Assembly: GCA_038890615.1 (NCBI GenBank)
Contig: JAWAFI010000001.1
Coordinates: forward strand, 227,836-291,835
Direction: 5' to 3'
From: Candidatus Anstonellales archaeon
GTDB taxonomy: Archaea; Micrarchaeota; Micrarchaeia; Anstonellales; J096
DNA: 64,000 bases
The notes beneath the pieces are model-generated. The model searched no databases and was not told the origin of the DNA. It saw only the letters and a list, made by a program, of their open reading frames with translations. Positions 38,650 to 49,147 of this stretch are shown here, piece by piece. Each line of letters begins with the position of its first letter. Within the stretch, counting starts at the first letter, position 1. A program made the translations under genes and the position numbers.

Positions 38650-39096
38650 CCCTGCTTCCTTAAGCACTGTTTTTTCAGCTTTGAGGACTGCCTCCTTGCT
38701 GTACATCTCTGGGTTCTTTAGCACCTCCTCAATGGGCCCTTTTTTCATAAACCCTTCCCCCCTTCCCAAAGAGAATGTCTTCCCCATCCTTGCATACTCA
38801 GCTGCCTCTATGACAGCCTTCCTGAATCCTTCCCCAACAACCTTAGCCTTCCCTTTCTTGAGAAGGTCCTTAACGCTATCTATTTTCCATAAGTAATTCA
38901 TAACCGCCTCAAACTCTTTTTTTGAAAGCTTCCCTTCTATGAAGCTGTTTGAGACCTTTCTCCTTGTTTGGTAAGGGGTCCCTAAATAGGCTTTGGCTAG
39001 TTCTTGGCCGAGGAGCCTTGAAGCCTTTCTAATGGCTTTCCTCTCTATATGGCTTCTAAGCCCCACCCATAGGCTTGCATTGTTGAGCCCTTCCAT
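38545..39096 (-). CDS. Hypothetical basic protein
   Basis: 183-aa ORF with ATG and an upstream TTAAATA; overlaps the 3' end of the convergent gene. Confidence 0.45.
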   Translation of the reverse strand: MEGLNNASLWVGLRSHIERKAIRKASRLLGQELAKAYLGTPYQTRRKVSNSFIEGKLSKKEFEAVMNYLWKIDSVKDLLKKGKAKVVGEGFRKAVIEAAEYARMGKTFSLGRGEGFMKKGPIEEVLKNPEMYSKEAVLKAEKTVLKEAGLEHVSKRLPSCHKQGKLYAFPSKAGKKEYKRVHP

Positions 39097-39174
39097 GCTA
39101 CCCCCATTCTTATTAGGAAGGGCTTGTATTTAAGCCTTTCTTTTTCTACCCTTAAGCAATATGCTTGAAGAGCT

Positions 39175-39663
39175 TTATCTTATGCTGATGTCTTCAAGCA
39201 GGTCCTCAAGGTCCTGCTCGTGCTTCACCTCATCCTCAAGTATTTTCCTAACTAAGTTAAAAGATATGTAATCCTTGGTAGCGCGAAGCTTCTCGAGCAT
39301 TGAGGCATAAACCTCTATTGCGCATTGCTCTCCTTTTATGTTCTGCTGGAGCACTTCCTTAACATGAGGGTTCTTTGGGGCATCATATCCGCAGTTGCTC
39401 ATCTTTGCAAACTCAGTGGGGTTCAGGATAGGATTCCCTCCTAGCTGGATTATGCGCTCAGCAAGCATTTCTGCGTGCTTAAGTTCCTCTGCTGCGTGCT
39501 CCTTTAGCTCTTCTTGGACATTCGGTCTCATGGGACCTTTGACCACCATTGCACCCACCCAGTACTGGTAATATGCTAGCCACTCATCAGCAAGTGCCCT
39601 ATTCAAAAGCTCAGTTATCACTTTTGCCTCTTTCCCAACTATCTGCTTCCCTTTTGTGCCCAT
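39175..39663 (-). CDS. Dps-like (DpsL) ferritin-superfamily protein
   Basis: ADEWLAYYQYW, EELKHAEMLAERIIQLGG, EQCAI, DEVKHE. Confidence 0.9.
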   Translation of the reverse strand: MGTKGKQIVGKEAKVITELLNRALADEWLAYYQYWVGAMVVKGPMRPNVQEELKEHAAEELKHAEMLAERIIQLGGNPILNPTEFAKMSNCGYDAPKNPHVKEVLQQNIKGEQCAIEVYASMLEKLRATKDYISFNLVRKILEDEVKHEQDLEDLLEDISIR

Positions 39664-39743
39664 AAAATCACCTTTTCATTGGGTATTTTTGAAGTGTATT
39701 GTTTATAATCCTTTTGTAAGCTGATGTTGCAGCATATTAATAA

Positions 39744-41012
39744 TTATGAAAATACTTTCATAATTATTGCTGCCAAAAGAGCAAATGGTATCACGAATTT
39801 GACAAGGAAGATGTATGGCCTTAGCAACACTGCTGGCATAACCCTTGCTGACTCCCTTTCAAATCCATCCCAACACCATCCAAGCACAAGCACCATTAGC
39901 ACAGCCACGAGCGGATATGCCCAGACAACAAAAACCCCATCCAACAAATCAAGCACAGGCATGCCCATAAAGGAGAGATTGATTGGGGAATAGCTTAGCA
40001 TGGAGGGGATGGAAAGGAGAAAGGTAAGGCTTATAGTTGCAAGCGCTGCCTTATCCCTCCCAATGCTTGGAGAAAGGTCAGCAACAAGAAGCTCTGCCAT
40101 GCTTATTATAGAGGTAAGCGCAACAGAGAACAGAAGGATGAAGAATAAGGGCATCAAGATGTTGCCAAAAGGCATTTGGAGGAATGCAATGGGCAAGGTA
40201 TCAAAGGCAAGCGCAGGCCCGCTTTCAGGGTTTAGCCCATATGTGAAAACTATAGGGAATATTGCAATCCCAGCAATAAGCGCTATTGCAGTGTCTGAAA
40301 ATGATGCTATTGCAGCAGATGAAGCTATCCTCTCCCCTTTCTGCAAGTGAGAGGCATATGTGAGCATTACGCCGGTGCCAACCCCAAGCGAGAAAAGAGC
40401 CTGTGTTATTGCTGCAGCTATTGCCTCAGCCGTTATTCCTTTGAATGTTGTGTAGAACTTAATAGCCTCCCAGAGCCCAGGCAGTGTCAATGAGTGCGAA
40501 AGCATCAGGAAAAGTATTCCAAGGAATATTGGCATGAGAATCTTGTTTGCCTTCTCTATGCCATCTTTGAGAGTGTTCCTCATGATCATAAGGGTTATAA
40601 GCAGAGTTATAGGCGTGAAAACAAGGAATATGGGCTCCTGCAAATGTTCGCCAAGCGGGGCATAAGCACCTATTAGTGATAAATAAACATAGCCAAGCGT
40701 CCATCCGGCCACAACCACATAATATGAAAGGATAATCATATTCAGCGCTATGAAAATTGAGGAAAGCCTGCCGAGCCCTCTTCCAATACTGCTGAATGAT
40801 CCTGTGATGGGTGCTGAAAAATGCCTGCCAGCGATGAACTCAAGGAGCATTATAGGCAGTCCTAAAACTACAATAGAAATTATGTAAACAACTATGAAAG
40901 AGCTCCCATATTGACCTGCCATATAAGGGAAGCGCCATATATTTCCAAGCCCTACTGCAGAGCCTATTACAGCAATTATGAACATTAGGTTTGATGACCA
41001 CTGCTCTTTCAT
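39744..41012 (-). CDS. Sodium-dependent transporter (NSS/SNF family)
   Basis: GSAVGLGNIWRFPY, QALFSLGVG. Confidence 0.92.
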   Translation of the reverse strand: MKEQWSSNLMFIIAVIGSAVGLGNIWRFPYMAGQYGSSFIVVYIISIVVLGLPIMLLEFIAGRHFSAPITGSFSSIGRGLGRLSSIFIALNMIILSYYVVVAGWTLGYVYLSLIGAYAPLGEHLQEPIFLVFTPITLLITLMIMRNTLKDGIEKANKILMPIFLGILFLMLSHSLTLPGLWEAIKFYTTFKGITAEAIAAAITQALFSLGVGTGVMLTYASHLQKGERIASSAAIASFSDTAIALIAGIAIFPIVFTYGLNPESGPALAFDTLPIAFLQMPFGNILMPLFFILLFSVALTSIISMAELLVADLSPSIGRDKAALATISLTFLLSIPSMLSYSPINLSFMGMPVLDLLDGVFVVWAYPLVAVLMVLVLGWCWDGFERESARVMPAVLLRPYIFLVKFVIPFALLAAIIMKVFS

Positions 41013-41149
41013 GGTAGGGCTAGCCCATTAAGGAATTTAATAGTTAGCATGAGCCTTTAGATTACTGGGATAAAAACGTGTATATTACAACAAGCGAAAT
41101 GTACTTTTTAGCCAGGTATAGGGCATTAGGCAGATGATTAAGAACCAAA

Positions 41150-41854
41150 TCAAGGCTGCCTTTGGATAGGCTCAGCAGGTGTGGTTTCATCCTGCTGCTT
41201 TGCCTCTTCTTCCTTCTGGATGGATACTGATTTGAAGGAAACGGTTATCTGTGATAGCCTTTTCAGTGGCTTTACTTCTTTTGCCTTCACTGCAATAAGC
41301 CTCTCCAAAAACTCAACGCCAAAAACAGCAGGGAGCCAAGTCATTATTTCCATAACCGTGCGCAAAACCCTGCTTAGGAAGGCAGTGGCCTCTGGAATGA
41401 AGGATGCCACTGCGCTTTCAGCAACAATCATAATGGCGCTGATGCCGAACAAGTATTTGCTTGTGCGCAAGTAAAGCTTTGCTTCCTTTTTTGCATTCTC
41501 CAAAGCATCGCTAAACATTAAAGGAATCCTTTTCTTTAGTATCTTCTCGATTGAGTCAACCCTTTTCTCCTCAGGAAGCCTGAATATCAGATGTATGGGC
41601 ACAGCGATAGGTATGTTAGAAGCTTTGTCCCTTATCTCATGGGCAAGGTCCTTTGATATCATCCTTTCCTCTGGCAGCCCTGCGTCAAAATCTGAAAATA
41701 AGTCGTTGTAGCTGTCAAGGTCGAATATTATGTTCCTTGGCTTCTGCGGCTTCTCCTCTTCCTTGCTGAAAAACTTTTTGAATGCCTGCTTTATGCTTGC
41801 AGGGGTTTTTTTGGTAGGGAGCTGCTCCTTTGCCTCTTTCTTTGCCTCTTTCAT
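41150..41854 (-). CDS. Hypothetical two-TM protein
   Basis: LDSYNDLFSDFD motif; two C-terminal TMs. Confidence 0.6.
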   Translation of the reverse strand: MKEAKKEAKEQLPTKKTPASIKQAFKKFFSKEEEKPQKPRNIIFDLDSYNDLFSDFDAGLPEERMISKDLAHEIRDKASNIPIAVPIHLIFRLPEEKRVDSIEKILKKRIPLMFSDALENAKKEAKLYLRTSKYLFGISAIMIVAESAVASFIPEATAFLSRVLRTVMEIMTWLPAVFGVEFLERLIAVKAKEVKPLKRLSQITVSFKSVSIQKEEEAKQQDETTPAEPIQRQP

Positions 41855-41915
41855 AATTATATAAAAATGTGGGGAAAAGGTTAAATCCATTGCGGAAGGT
41901 TAGGGAGGTTAAGTT

Positions 41916-42629
41916 TCAGTGGCCCAATGCCTTAAGGCAGTCAATCTTGTCCTGGCCTGTCAGGTATTCGCAGTAGGCTGCCTGGCTTCCGCTCTGGGCT
42001 GCCTTCATTAGTGCGCTCATGTCGCAGACCTCTCCAGGGGTTGCGAACTTCTCATCTCCAAATGCAGCTTTCTCGCATTTGTATTCAACAGGAGGCATGT
42101 CCATGTCAACTCCCCCTACATCAGATTCATCAGAGCTGGCTTCAGTTTTCATTTCCTCTAGGTTGTAATATAGCCAGTAGCAATTCTTATTTCCGATAGG
42201 CATTGTTTCCCCCATGTGCAGGTATAGGTCTTTCTGGTTGTTCTTGAGCACCTCTGAAAAATCAACCTTTTCGCCCTGCGAAATAGTATAGCCATCCATC
42301 CTTATGTCCTTGCCTTTCATGTACATCTCAACATAAGTTTCCCCTCCTTCAAAGCGGTACCTGACTGTGCACTTTATAGGCGCTCCCATTGCTGCAAACG
42401 CTTCTAGGTCCCAGGTGCTGAATTGGTCCTGCCCTCCTGCTGAGCCTGAGCCGCTTCCTCCTGCCCCAGAGCCGCCTGTGCTCCCTCCTCTTCCTTGGCC
42501 TGTGTTACCTCCGAAAAGCCCTCCTATGTCTTTGTTCTCTGAGCCGCCTGTTTGATTGCCTCCTCCTGGCAAAGTGCAGCCATAGAGCATAAGCATCCCC
42601 ACAAGCAACAATGCTATTGTAGCCCTCAT
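41916..42629 (-). CDS. Putative lipoprotein with a Gly-rich linker
   Basis: Lipobox LYGC; GS-rich tract; paired cysteines. Confidence 0.7.
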   Translation of the reverse strand: MRATIALLLVGMLMLYGCTLPGGGNQTGGSENKDIGGLFGGNTGQGRGGSTGGSGAGGSGSGSAGGQDQFSTWDLEAFAAMGAPIKCTVRYRFEGGETYVEMYMKGKDIRMDGYTISQGEKVDFSEVLKNNQKDLYLHMGETMPIGNKNCYWLYYNLEEMKTEASSDESDVGGVDMDMPPVEYKCEKAAFGDEKFATPGEVCDMSALMKAAQSGSQAAYCEYLTGQDKIDCLKALGH

Positions 42630-42660
42630 GCCTTCTCTTAGGCAGAATACAATTAAAAAC

Positions 42661-43125
42661 TTAAGGGTTTGAGAAGCGCTTCGCAAGCAAGTAACCAAAA
42701 TCAAAGCACGCTATGCCTATAAAATAATGAAGCTCATTGTAAAGAGGGAGCGCAGCAACAATCAGCAGGGGCCTATGCCCAATCTTTGCGTCAATGATCT
42801 CATCAGCCCAAGCAGCTGCAATAAAGTAGGCGACAAGAGGCATATTTAGGTTAGCAATGGCTATTGCAGCTAATGATAGCGCGAACGGAACCATATGCTC
42901 CTTTGCATCTATCTTCCCTGCAAATGCCTGAGCCATAGTTGCCCCTGCCCAAAGGGATGAAACAGGGCTGAAAACTATCATCGCAGCTGAGATTATTCCA
43001 TAAATTAGCCCAGCCAAAACGCTCCTGGTCTCATCAGCAAATTTCACCAAGAAGCCTTGGGCAAGTGCAAGTATGAAGTAGTTAGAAGAAATAAGAGTAG
43101 AGAAGAGGGAAAATAATTGTTGCAT
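42661..43125 (-). CDS. Hypothetical membrane protein
   Basis: Hydrophobic; VKFADE, AGKID, WADE, FDFGY. Confidence 0.55.
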   Translation of the reverse strand: MQQLFSLFSTLISSNYFILALAQGFLVKFADETRSVLAGLIYGIISAAMIVFSPVSSLWAGATMAQAFAGKIDAKEHMVPFALSLAAIAIANLNMPLVAYFIAAAWADEIIDAKIGHRPLLIVAALPLYNELHYFIGIACFDFGYLLAKRFSNP

Positions 43126-43996
43126 CCCCGTACACCGTTACCTTATCTGCCTTTGCGCCTATCTTGCCCCATGACACTGCCTCCTCTGCCTTTGCGCCGC
43201 TAAGGCTGCCATCCCATTCGCTTGCTGTTGTAACATAAACTGCATAGTCCAATCCCCCTCTTAATATGTTGGAGGCTATTGTATAGTGTTTTGAAATGCC
43301 CCCTCCAAGCACAACCGCCCCTGTCCTTTCAGCATTTAGCACAATGCCAGCAAGCATTTCCATATCCCTCGCCACATCGATGCCAAAAGCCCTGTCGCGT
43401 TGCTTGTTGAAATATACCTGAAGGCCAAGAGCAGAATCAACTATGCCTGGGCTGAAAACAGGTATTTTGTTTTTGTGCGCCCACATCAAGAAGGAATCGC
43501 TGTCTTTTATCATTGAGCCTGCCCCTGCTATAAGCTCTGATGGGGAAACCACTTTCCCCTTGAGCCTGGCAAAAAGCTTCTTTGCGAACTGCTCCAAGTA
43601 TTCATAGCACTCATTGCCTATCTCTATGTTGCCAAGCCTGTTTATCCCTTTCCTGTGAAGCTCTGCATCGCTTCTGCCAGTATAAAGCTTGTATCTTTTT
43701 GATGCCCTTATTATGTCATGGTCTATTGAGCCGCCTGCAGTTATTATTGCATCAACCCTTTTCTCCTTGACTATCTCGGCAATAAGGGGCCTCAGCCCTG
43801 TTGCAACAAGATTTGAGGTGAAGGCAAGGAAAACTGTTGCTTTGCTCTTTTCCATCCTCTCTATTATTTCCATCGCAGCCCTAAGCGAGCTTGACTGGAA
43901 CCCTGCGTTTGGCCACTTCTTCTTTTCCTTAAGCGCATCCTTGTCAAAATCTTCAACATCCATAACTAGGTTTGGCGATAGGTTTAAAAAAGCCAT
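43082..43996 (-). CDS. dys: Deoxyhypusine synthase
   Basis: GFQ, FTSNLVATGLR, GGGISKH, DGSLSGA, EAVSWGK. Confidence 0.95.
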   Translation of the reverse strand: MAFLNLSPNLVMDVEDFDKDALKEKKKWPNAGFQSSSLRAAMEIIERMEKSKATVFLAFTSNLVATGLRPLIAEIVKEKRVDAIITAGGSIDHDIIRASKRYKLYTGRSDAELHRKGINRLGNIEIGNECYEYLEQFAKKLFARLKGKVVSPSELIAGAGSMIKDSDSFLMWAHKNKIPVFSPGIVDSALGLQVYFNKQRDRAFGIDVARDMEMLAGIVLNAERTGAVVLGGGISKHYTIASNILRGGLDYAVYVTTASEWDGSLSGAKAEEAVSWGKIGAKADKVTVYGDATIIFPLLYSYFF

Positions 43997-44011
43997 TAGC
44001 TTAGCTTTAGC

Positions 44012-44689
44012 ATGAGTTGGGTAGTTATATCCTTAGGAGGCAGCGTGATCAACGCAACAGGAACCCCAAACACCGAGTTTCTCAAGGAATTCGCCAAAAT
44101 GCTCAAGCCTATAAAGCGCAATGTTGCAGTTGTTTGCGGAGGGGGGAAGATAGCAAGGGATTACATAAAGGCAATAATATCACTGGGAAAAAACTACTTT
44201 GCAGCAGACCGCATAGCCATTGAAGAGACAAGGAAGAATGCAATGCTGGTGCAGGAAGCAATAGGGTCAGCGTGCTATCCTAATGTGGTGACAAGCTATG
44301 AAGAGGCGCTCCTTGCATCATCAAAGTATTCCCGCCTTGTAATGGGCGGCATGGTGCCTGGCATAACCACTGATGCCTGCGCAGCAGTGCTTGCAGAGGC
44401 TCTGCACGCAGAGAGGCTTGTGAATGTCAGCAACATAGATGGCGTATATACCTCAGACCCAAAGAAGGACAAGAATGCAAAAAGGATAAAGGAGATGACG
44501 CATGAAAAAATGGTAAAGATGGCCATTGAGCAGGATTTGAGGAGGGCAGGGGAGCATTTTGTGTTTGATTTGCTAGCATGCAAGATAGCTGAAAGGAGCA
44601 ATATAGAGCTTCGCTTTGTAGACAGTAAGATAGGGGCAATAAAGGATGCAATAGAAGGCAAGTCAGCAGGAACGACGGTGAAAGGCTGA
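44012..44689 (+). CDS. pyrH: Uridylate kinase
   Basis: SLGGS, CGGGKIAR, PGITTD, DGVYTSDP. Confidence 0.92.
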   Translation: MSWVVISLGGSVINATGTPNTEFLKEFAKMLKPIKRNVAVVCGGGKIARDYIKAIISLGKNYFAADRIAIEETRKNAMLVQEAIGSACYPNVVTSYEEALLASSKYSRLVMGGMVPGITTDACAAVLAEALHAERLVNVSNIDGVYTSDPKKDKNAKRIKEMTHEKMVKMAIEQDLRRAGEHFVFDLLACKIAERSNIELRFVDSKIGAIKDAIEGKSAGTTVKG

Positions 44690-45234
44690 TGCTAAAGGAA
44701 AGGAAGAGGCTTCTGGCATATTTGAAGAAAAAGGAGGCAGCAGTTTATAAGGCGGATTTGCTTGGGAGGGAAATAGTGAGGGAATGTGGGTCTGCTATAA
44801 AGGACCTACATGCAGGAAGGGTTGCAGGAGCTGAAAAGAAGAAGGATGGGATTGAAAAGAAGGTAAAGGAGCTGAAAAAGCTTGACCGAAGCGAGTACAA
44901 CATAGCTTTCCAAGAGTACGCAGAGCTTTGCATAATAATAAGCATATACAAGAAAATGAGCATTCCAAGCATCAAAGAAATTGGAGTAAAGGAGGAAAGC
45001 TACATCCTCGGGCTCCTTGATGCAACAGGGGAGATGAAGAGGTACATGTACAACCTTCTTATGAAAGGGGATATTGAAAAGGCAAAGAAGGTTTTTGCTA
45101 TAATGGACGGCCTTTTCAGCGACCTTTCTGAATTTTGCTTCTCTGACCGCATCCTGCCAAACTTCAGGCCAAAGCAGGATGCTTTCAGGATACAGCTGGA
45201 GCAGGCAAGGGCAGAGATGCTAAGGTGGCTCTAA
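44689..45234 (+). CDS. Translin/Trax family protein
   Basis: AFQEYAE, YILGLLDATGEMKR, FRPKQD. Confidence 0.85.
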   Translation: MLKERKRLLAYLKKKEAAVYKADLLGREIVRECGSAIKDLHAGRVAGAEKKKDGIEKKVKELKKLDRSEYNIAFQEYAELCIIISIYKKMSIPSIKEIGVKEESYILGLLDATGEMKRYMYNLLMKGDIEKAKKVFAIMDGLFSDLSEFCFSDRILPNFRPKQDAFRIQLEQARAEMLRWL

Positions 45235-45629
45235 TGGTGCTATGCATAGTAGCTTTTGTAGTTGCAGCTTTCTTATCCCTATTCTCTATGCGTTACAGAG
45301 AGATCGCCAAAGAGGCCCTTGATTGCTCCCTTAGGATGATGACGCTTAGGAAATGCGAAGGTACTGCTGAGAACAAGCTAAGGGCTGCTGTTTTCTCTTC
45401 CATCTCAAAATACAACAAGGGGCTTGCTGCATTTGTCTTTGCAAACTTCCCAGTCCTCTCTTTGCTTTTTACCTTATTGCTAATTGCCTCATCTGCCTAT
45501 GCTCTCTACTCAATAATGAACTTAATAGTATATGGCACCTGCGATCCAAATAGTGGCAGTTGCCTCTTCAATATTATGAAGAATCAAACAGAATGCAACA
45601 ACGCTACACTGCTGATTAGCGGTATGTAA
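45225..45629 (+). CDS. Hypothetical membrane protein
   Basis: TM segments; GTCDPNSGSC. Confidence 0.55.
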   Translation: MALMVLCIVAFVVAAFLSLFSMRYREIAKEALDCSLRMMTLRKCEGTAENKLRAAVFSSISKYNKGLAAFVFANFPVLSLLFTLLLIASSAYALYSIMNLIVYGTCDPNSGSCLFNIMKNQTECNNATLLISGM

Positions 45630-45630
45630 T

Positions 45631-46311
45631 TTATTGGCCAACAGACTCAAGAAGACTTGGATAGTTGGGAGGCATATTTTTAAGAAATACCACAACCTCT
45701 AAAGAAGGGTTTATGATGTTGTAGCGGGCTGGCAAACGAAGATAGTGAATTTTTATACCTTCCTCAAATTCTTGGCGGACAATCTTGCCACCTAAGAAGA
45801 CTTGGAGGGTCATCTCCATGTCAGGCTTGACTACTATCCCTTCCATATAAGTGCGCTCCTTATTGTTATCGCGAGCATATGCAGACAGACCTATCATTTG
45901 AAACAATTCTTCTGGACGAAACTTTCCTTTTTCTATAGTAGGTATGGGAAAGAATAATATAGGGTCTATGTTTTCCACCATTATCTTGCCCTTTCTTAAA
46001 TCAAATGAAAGCTTAATCTTTTCTTCTGAAGATACAAACACCTCTCTTTTTTTATCATATATATCAAAAACTGCATACCTACCAGGAAGGACATAAAAGA
46101 TGGTGTGCTGTCTTTTCATATCTTCTGCGAATATAACATAATCTTGGGTTTCAAAACGTATATGTTTTCCATCCATTTTCTCTTCAACTACAACACGATC
46201 CTTAAGGAGCATATCCAGCTGTTTTTTATCAAGCGTATTTTTCAAAATGCGTTTTCCAAAGGGAATTCTTCCTAATTTAGGATAAACAATTTCTTTTTCT
46301 TTAGTAATCAT
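45631..46311 (-). CDS. ATP-dependent RNA ligase-family nucleotidyltransferase
   Basis: YPK, motif I EEKMDG, III FAE, IIIa FDIYD, IV EGIVVK, V KIVRQEF. Confidence 0.8.
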   Translation of the reverse strand: MITKEKEIVYPKLGRIPFGKRILKNTLDKKQLDMLLKDRVVVEEKMDGKHIRFETQDYVIFAEDMKRQHTIFYVLPGRYAVFDIYDKKREVFVSSEEKIKLSFDLRKGKIMVENIDPILFFPIPTIEKGKFRPEELFQMIGLSAYARDNNKERTYMEGIVVKPDMEMTLQVFLGGKIVRQEFEEGIKIHYLRLPARYNIINPSLEVVVFLKNMPPNYPSLLESVGQ

Positions 46312-46375
46312 ATAAAGCACCTTTATGTTTATGGATGCAAAGCTTTATTAATATATTCAAACACTTAAATATATC

Positions 46376-46918
46376 ATGAGAAACAAAATGGCTTACTCCG
46401 CTATGAAAAGCAACTTTAGCACTGTCAGAGTGCCAAAAATCCCCTCCGAGCCATTAAATGATAGGGCAATGCTGCTTTTCCTAATAGATACTTGTTATCT
46501 TATAGAATTGTCAAAATCAAGCGTTGGTCTTTACAATTCATTGAAAAATCTTTCTAAGAAAGGAGAGGTAATAATAACAGAAGAAGTGGTGATGGAATTC
46601 CAAAGAAATGCTCAAACAAAGAAAGATGTTAGAAAAAACGATGTAGCAGAGTTGTATAGGGCAATAAACGACAGGATTGTCACAAAAGAAAGAATTTGGG
46701 TTTCCCAAGAGGAGCATGCTAACCTTTCAAACAGAATGAAAGAATGCTCTGAAAAACATAATGAGCGCTTAGGTCAAGCTGATGCTTCTATCATCGTTCT
46801 AGCTGATATCATGAAAGAACTTTATAGCAAGGTACTAATATTTAGCAAAGACAAGGACATAGAAACTCTTGCCCCTCCATCAACAGAGGTTGTTTTTTGC
46901 CATCCATCTTTCATATAA
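46376..46918 (+). CDS. PIN-domain ribonuclease
   Basis: LIDTCYL, ITEEVVMEF, LGQADASII, SKDKD: all four conserved acidic positions present. Confidence 0.8.
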   Translation: MRNKMAYSAMKSNFSTVRVPKIPSEPLNDRAMLLFLIDTCYLIELSKSSVGLYNSLKNLSKKGEVIITEEVVMEFQRNAQTKKDVRKNDVAELYRAINDRIVTKERIWVSQEEHANLSNRMKECSEKHNERLGQADASIIVLADIMKELYSKVLIFSKDKDIETLAPPSTEVVFCHPSFI

Positions 46919-47035
46919 GCCATTACTCAGGAGCTAGTGAAACTAGTTAATAAAATAATTTGGTTGAACAATCTGCAATCTTTTTAATCTCTTCTTTATT
47001 AAACTCCTGAGTTAATAAATCCAATAGGTGAGAAA

Positions 47036-47500
47036 ATGGAGGTTATAGATGAGTTCAAGAAATTTGCCATGAGGGGGAATGTGCTTGACATGGCCATAGG
47101 TATTATATTAGGTATTGCCTTTGGCGCCATAATCAACTCGCTTGTGAACGATGTATTGATGCCTCCTCTCGGCCTTGTGCTTGGGAATGTTGATTTCGCA
47201 AACCTTTTCATTGTGCTGAAAGAAGGCACAGCACCAGGGCCTTATGCATCTGTAGCAGCAGCAAAGGAAGCAGGGGCAGTTACAATAAACTATGGGGTTT
47301 TCATAAACACCATAATCAACTTCATCCTTGTTGCATTTGCTATGTTCATGCTAATAAAGGCAGTGAACAGAATGCAGAGAAAGGAAGAGCAGAAGGCTCC
47401 TCCTGCACCAGCCCTTAAGGAGTGCCCGTACTGCATTTCGATGGTCTCGCTTAAGGCAACAAGGTGCCCGCAATGCACTTCTGAGCTTAAGAAGGCCTAA
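47036..47500 (+). CDS. mscL: Large-conductance mechanosensitive channel with a C-terminal zinc ribbon
   Basis: EFKKFAMRGNVLDMAIGIILG, NYGVFIN; CPYC...CPQCTS. Confidence 0.95.
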   Translation: MEVIDEFKKFAMRGNVLDMAIGIILGIAFGAIINSLVNDVLMPPLGLVLGNVDFANLFIVLKEGTAPGPYASVAAAKEAGAVTINYGVFINTIINFILVAFAMFMLIKAVNRMQRKEEQKAPPAPALKECPYCISMVSLKATRCPQCTSELKKA

Positions 47501-47513
47501 GCTCTAGCTTTTT

Positions 47514-47975
47514 TCACTTTTTGCTCGCAAGCGCAAAGGCTAATGCGCCCAAAGCAGCTAGCACTATGAGTCCTGATGAGCCAGGGCATATGCTCTCCGC
47601 CTCACCACATTTCATAGCTGCCTGCATAGCGCACCGGTCTGCTATTGAGTAGCACATCCTTGTACCCCCTTCCTGGCAATCGACCCTATCGTTTCCTGTT
47701 GATTCCTTATTTACGCAAGACTGCAGTTCAGAGATGCATAGGTCCAAGGCATGGCATTCGCCAGCTGCATACTTTGCAGCCATTATTGGGTATTTAGTGC
47801 TTACGCATGCAGTCCCTGCAGATCGCTTTGCGTTGTAGCAAGAGGGGTCCATCTTCCCTGATTCGTCAAATGGGCAGGAGCTGCAGGCCTGCACATAGGC
47901 ATCTTCTGCACAATCTGCAAACGCTATCTGGAAAAGAACCAATGTTGCTAAAATTATAAAGAAAGGCCTTGCCAT
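47514..47975 (-). CDS. Secreted cysteine-rich protein with a C-terminal membrane anchor
   Basis: Signal peptide, many cysteines, CPGSSGLIVLAAL TM followed by KK. Confidence 0.7.
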   Translation of the reverse strand: MARPFFIILATLVLFQIAFADCAEDAYVQACSSCPFDESGKMDPSCYNAKRSAGTACVSTKYPIMAAKYAAGECHALDLCISELQSCVNKESTGNDRVDCQEGGTRMCYSIADRCAMQAAMKCGEAESICPGSSGLIVLAALGALAFALASKK

Positions 47976-48099
47976 GCTTATCTCTTTTTGGGTGGCATTA
48001 AAAAACTTGCTCTGGTTTTGCATAAAGCAGTGCTCTTACAAATAAAGTTTAGTGCAAAGATATAAACGTGGTGGAAACATAAACGACTTCAAAAAACAG

Positions 48100-48985
48100 A
48101 TGCGCCTGTTGATTTGGATAAGACGAGCGCTTTCAAGCACACGGGTTTGCTGGTAGATGAGAGTCTGGAAAGCGTGGGAAGGGGGTTGCCAATGTTGAGC
48201 TAATGAATAAGGCAATAAAAAACAAGGACCAGAAAGCTTTCAAGGTTATAAATGAGGCCTTCGAAAGATTGATAGAACAAATGAAGGGAGAAAGCAATGG
48301 CATAGATTGGAGCAAAATCAAGGAATTGAGCAATGATGACTGCTACCTAATGTTTGGGTTTGGCCGTTTCTACAGCCTTATAGGCCCAATTGAAAAAGCC
48401 ATAAAATGCTTTCAGATGGGCTTAAGGGCACTGATCTAGAGTAATGGCAAAAAGAAGCCAGGGTATGACCCAAGCAACCTGTATGAAAATGTGGAGTTTG
48501 AAGGCATTAATACAGATGTCTTTAAGAGTGGCCTAAGAACAGATGAGTACAGAAACACTCTCCTAAATGTTTTTGTTGAAGCAGAGGGTTATGTTGGAAC
48601 TCCGGGAAGAAAGAACAGGCGAAGAGACTTTGGATTAGATGAAAGGAAAAAAGAGGTTGCAGTTGAGACAGCCAAGCAAGAATACCTAAGAGGGGATTTT
48701 CTGCTCAGAAAAAGGCTCCAGGACCTTTAGGAATGGGAAAGGGGGCACAATGCAAGTGATGAGCTTGGATTGGATAATCAGGATATTAAGGAAGAAGCAG
48801 AGAACCTTTTCTCTTTGATTAAGCTTGTATATAAGCTTGAGAAGTGGTTTGACGGGTTATATACGGGTTATATTACAGGAAAATGTTGTTGGACCTTATT
48901 ATGACCAACAAGCACCTTAGCAGTTTTATACCTCAAGATGACCTAATGTTTCTCAGAATGGGCACTATCCCAAGGATAAGGTAGG
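48100..48985 (+). pseudogene. Probable decayed gene (fragmented ORFs)
   Basis: Coding-like purine-rich sequence broken into short frames (48203-48439, 48491-48730 and smaller pieces). Confidence 0.4.
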
Positions 48986-49026
48986 CGCATCGCAAGGCTT
49001 AAAAAGCCCTAGCTGCAATATTGGTA

Positions 49027-49142
<116 letters not shown>

Positions 49143-49147
49143 CTATA

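Noticed and set aside
47036..47500. MscL zinc-ribbon tail as a novelty
   Set aside because: MscL proteins with a C-terminal CPxC...CPxCTS extension are already known in many prokaryotes.
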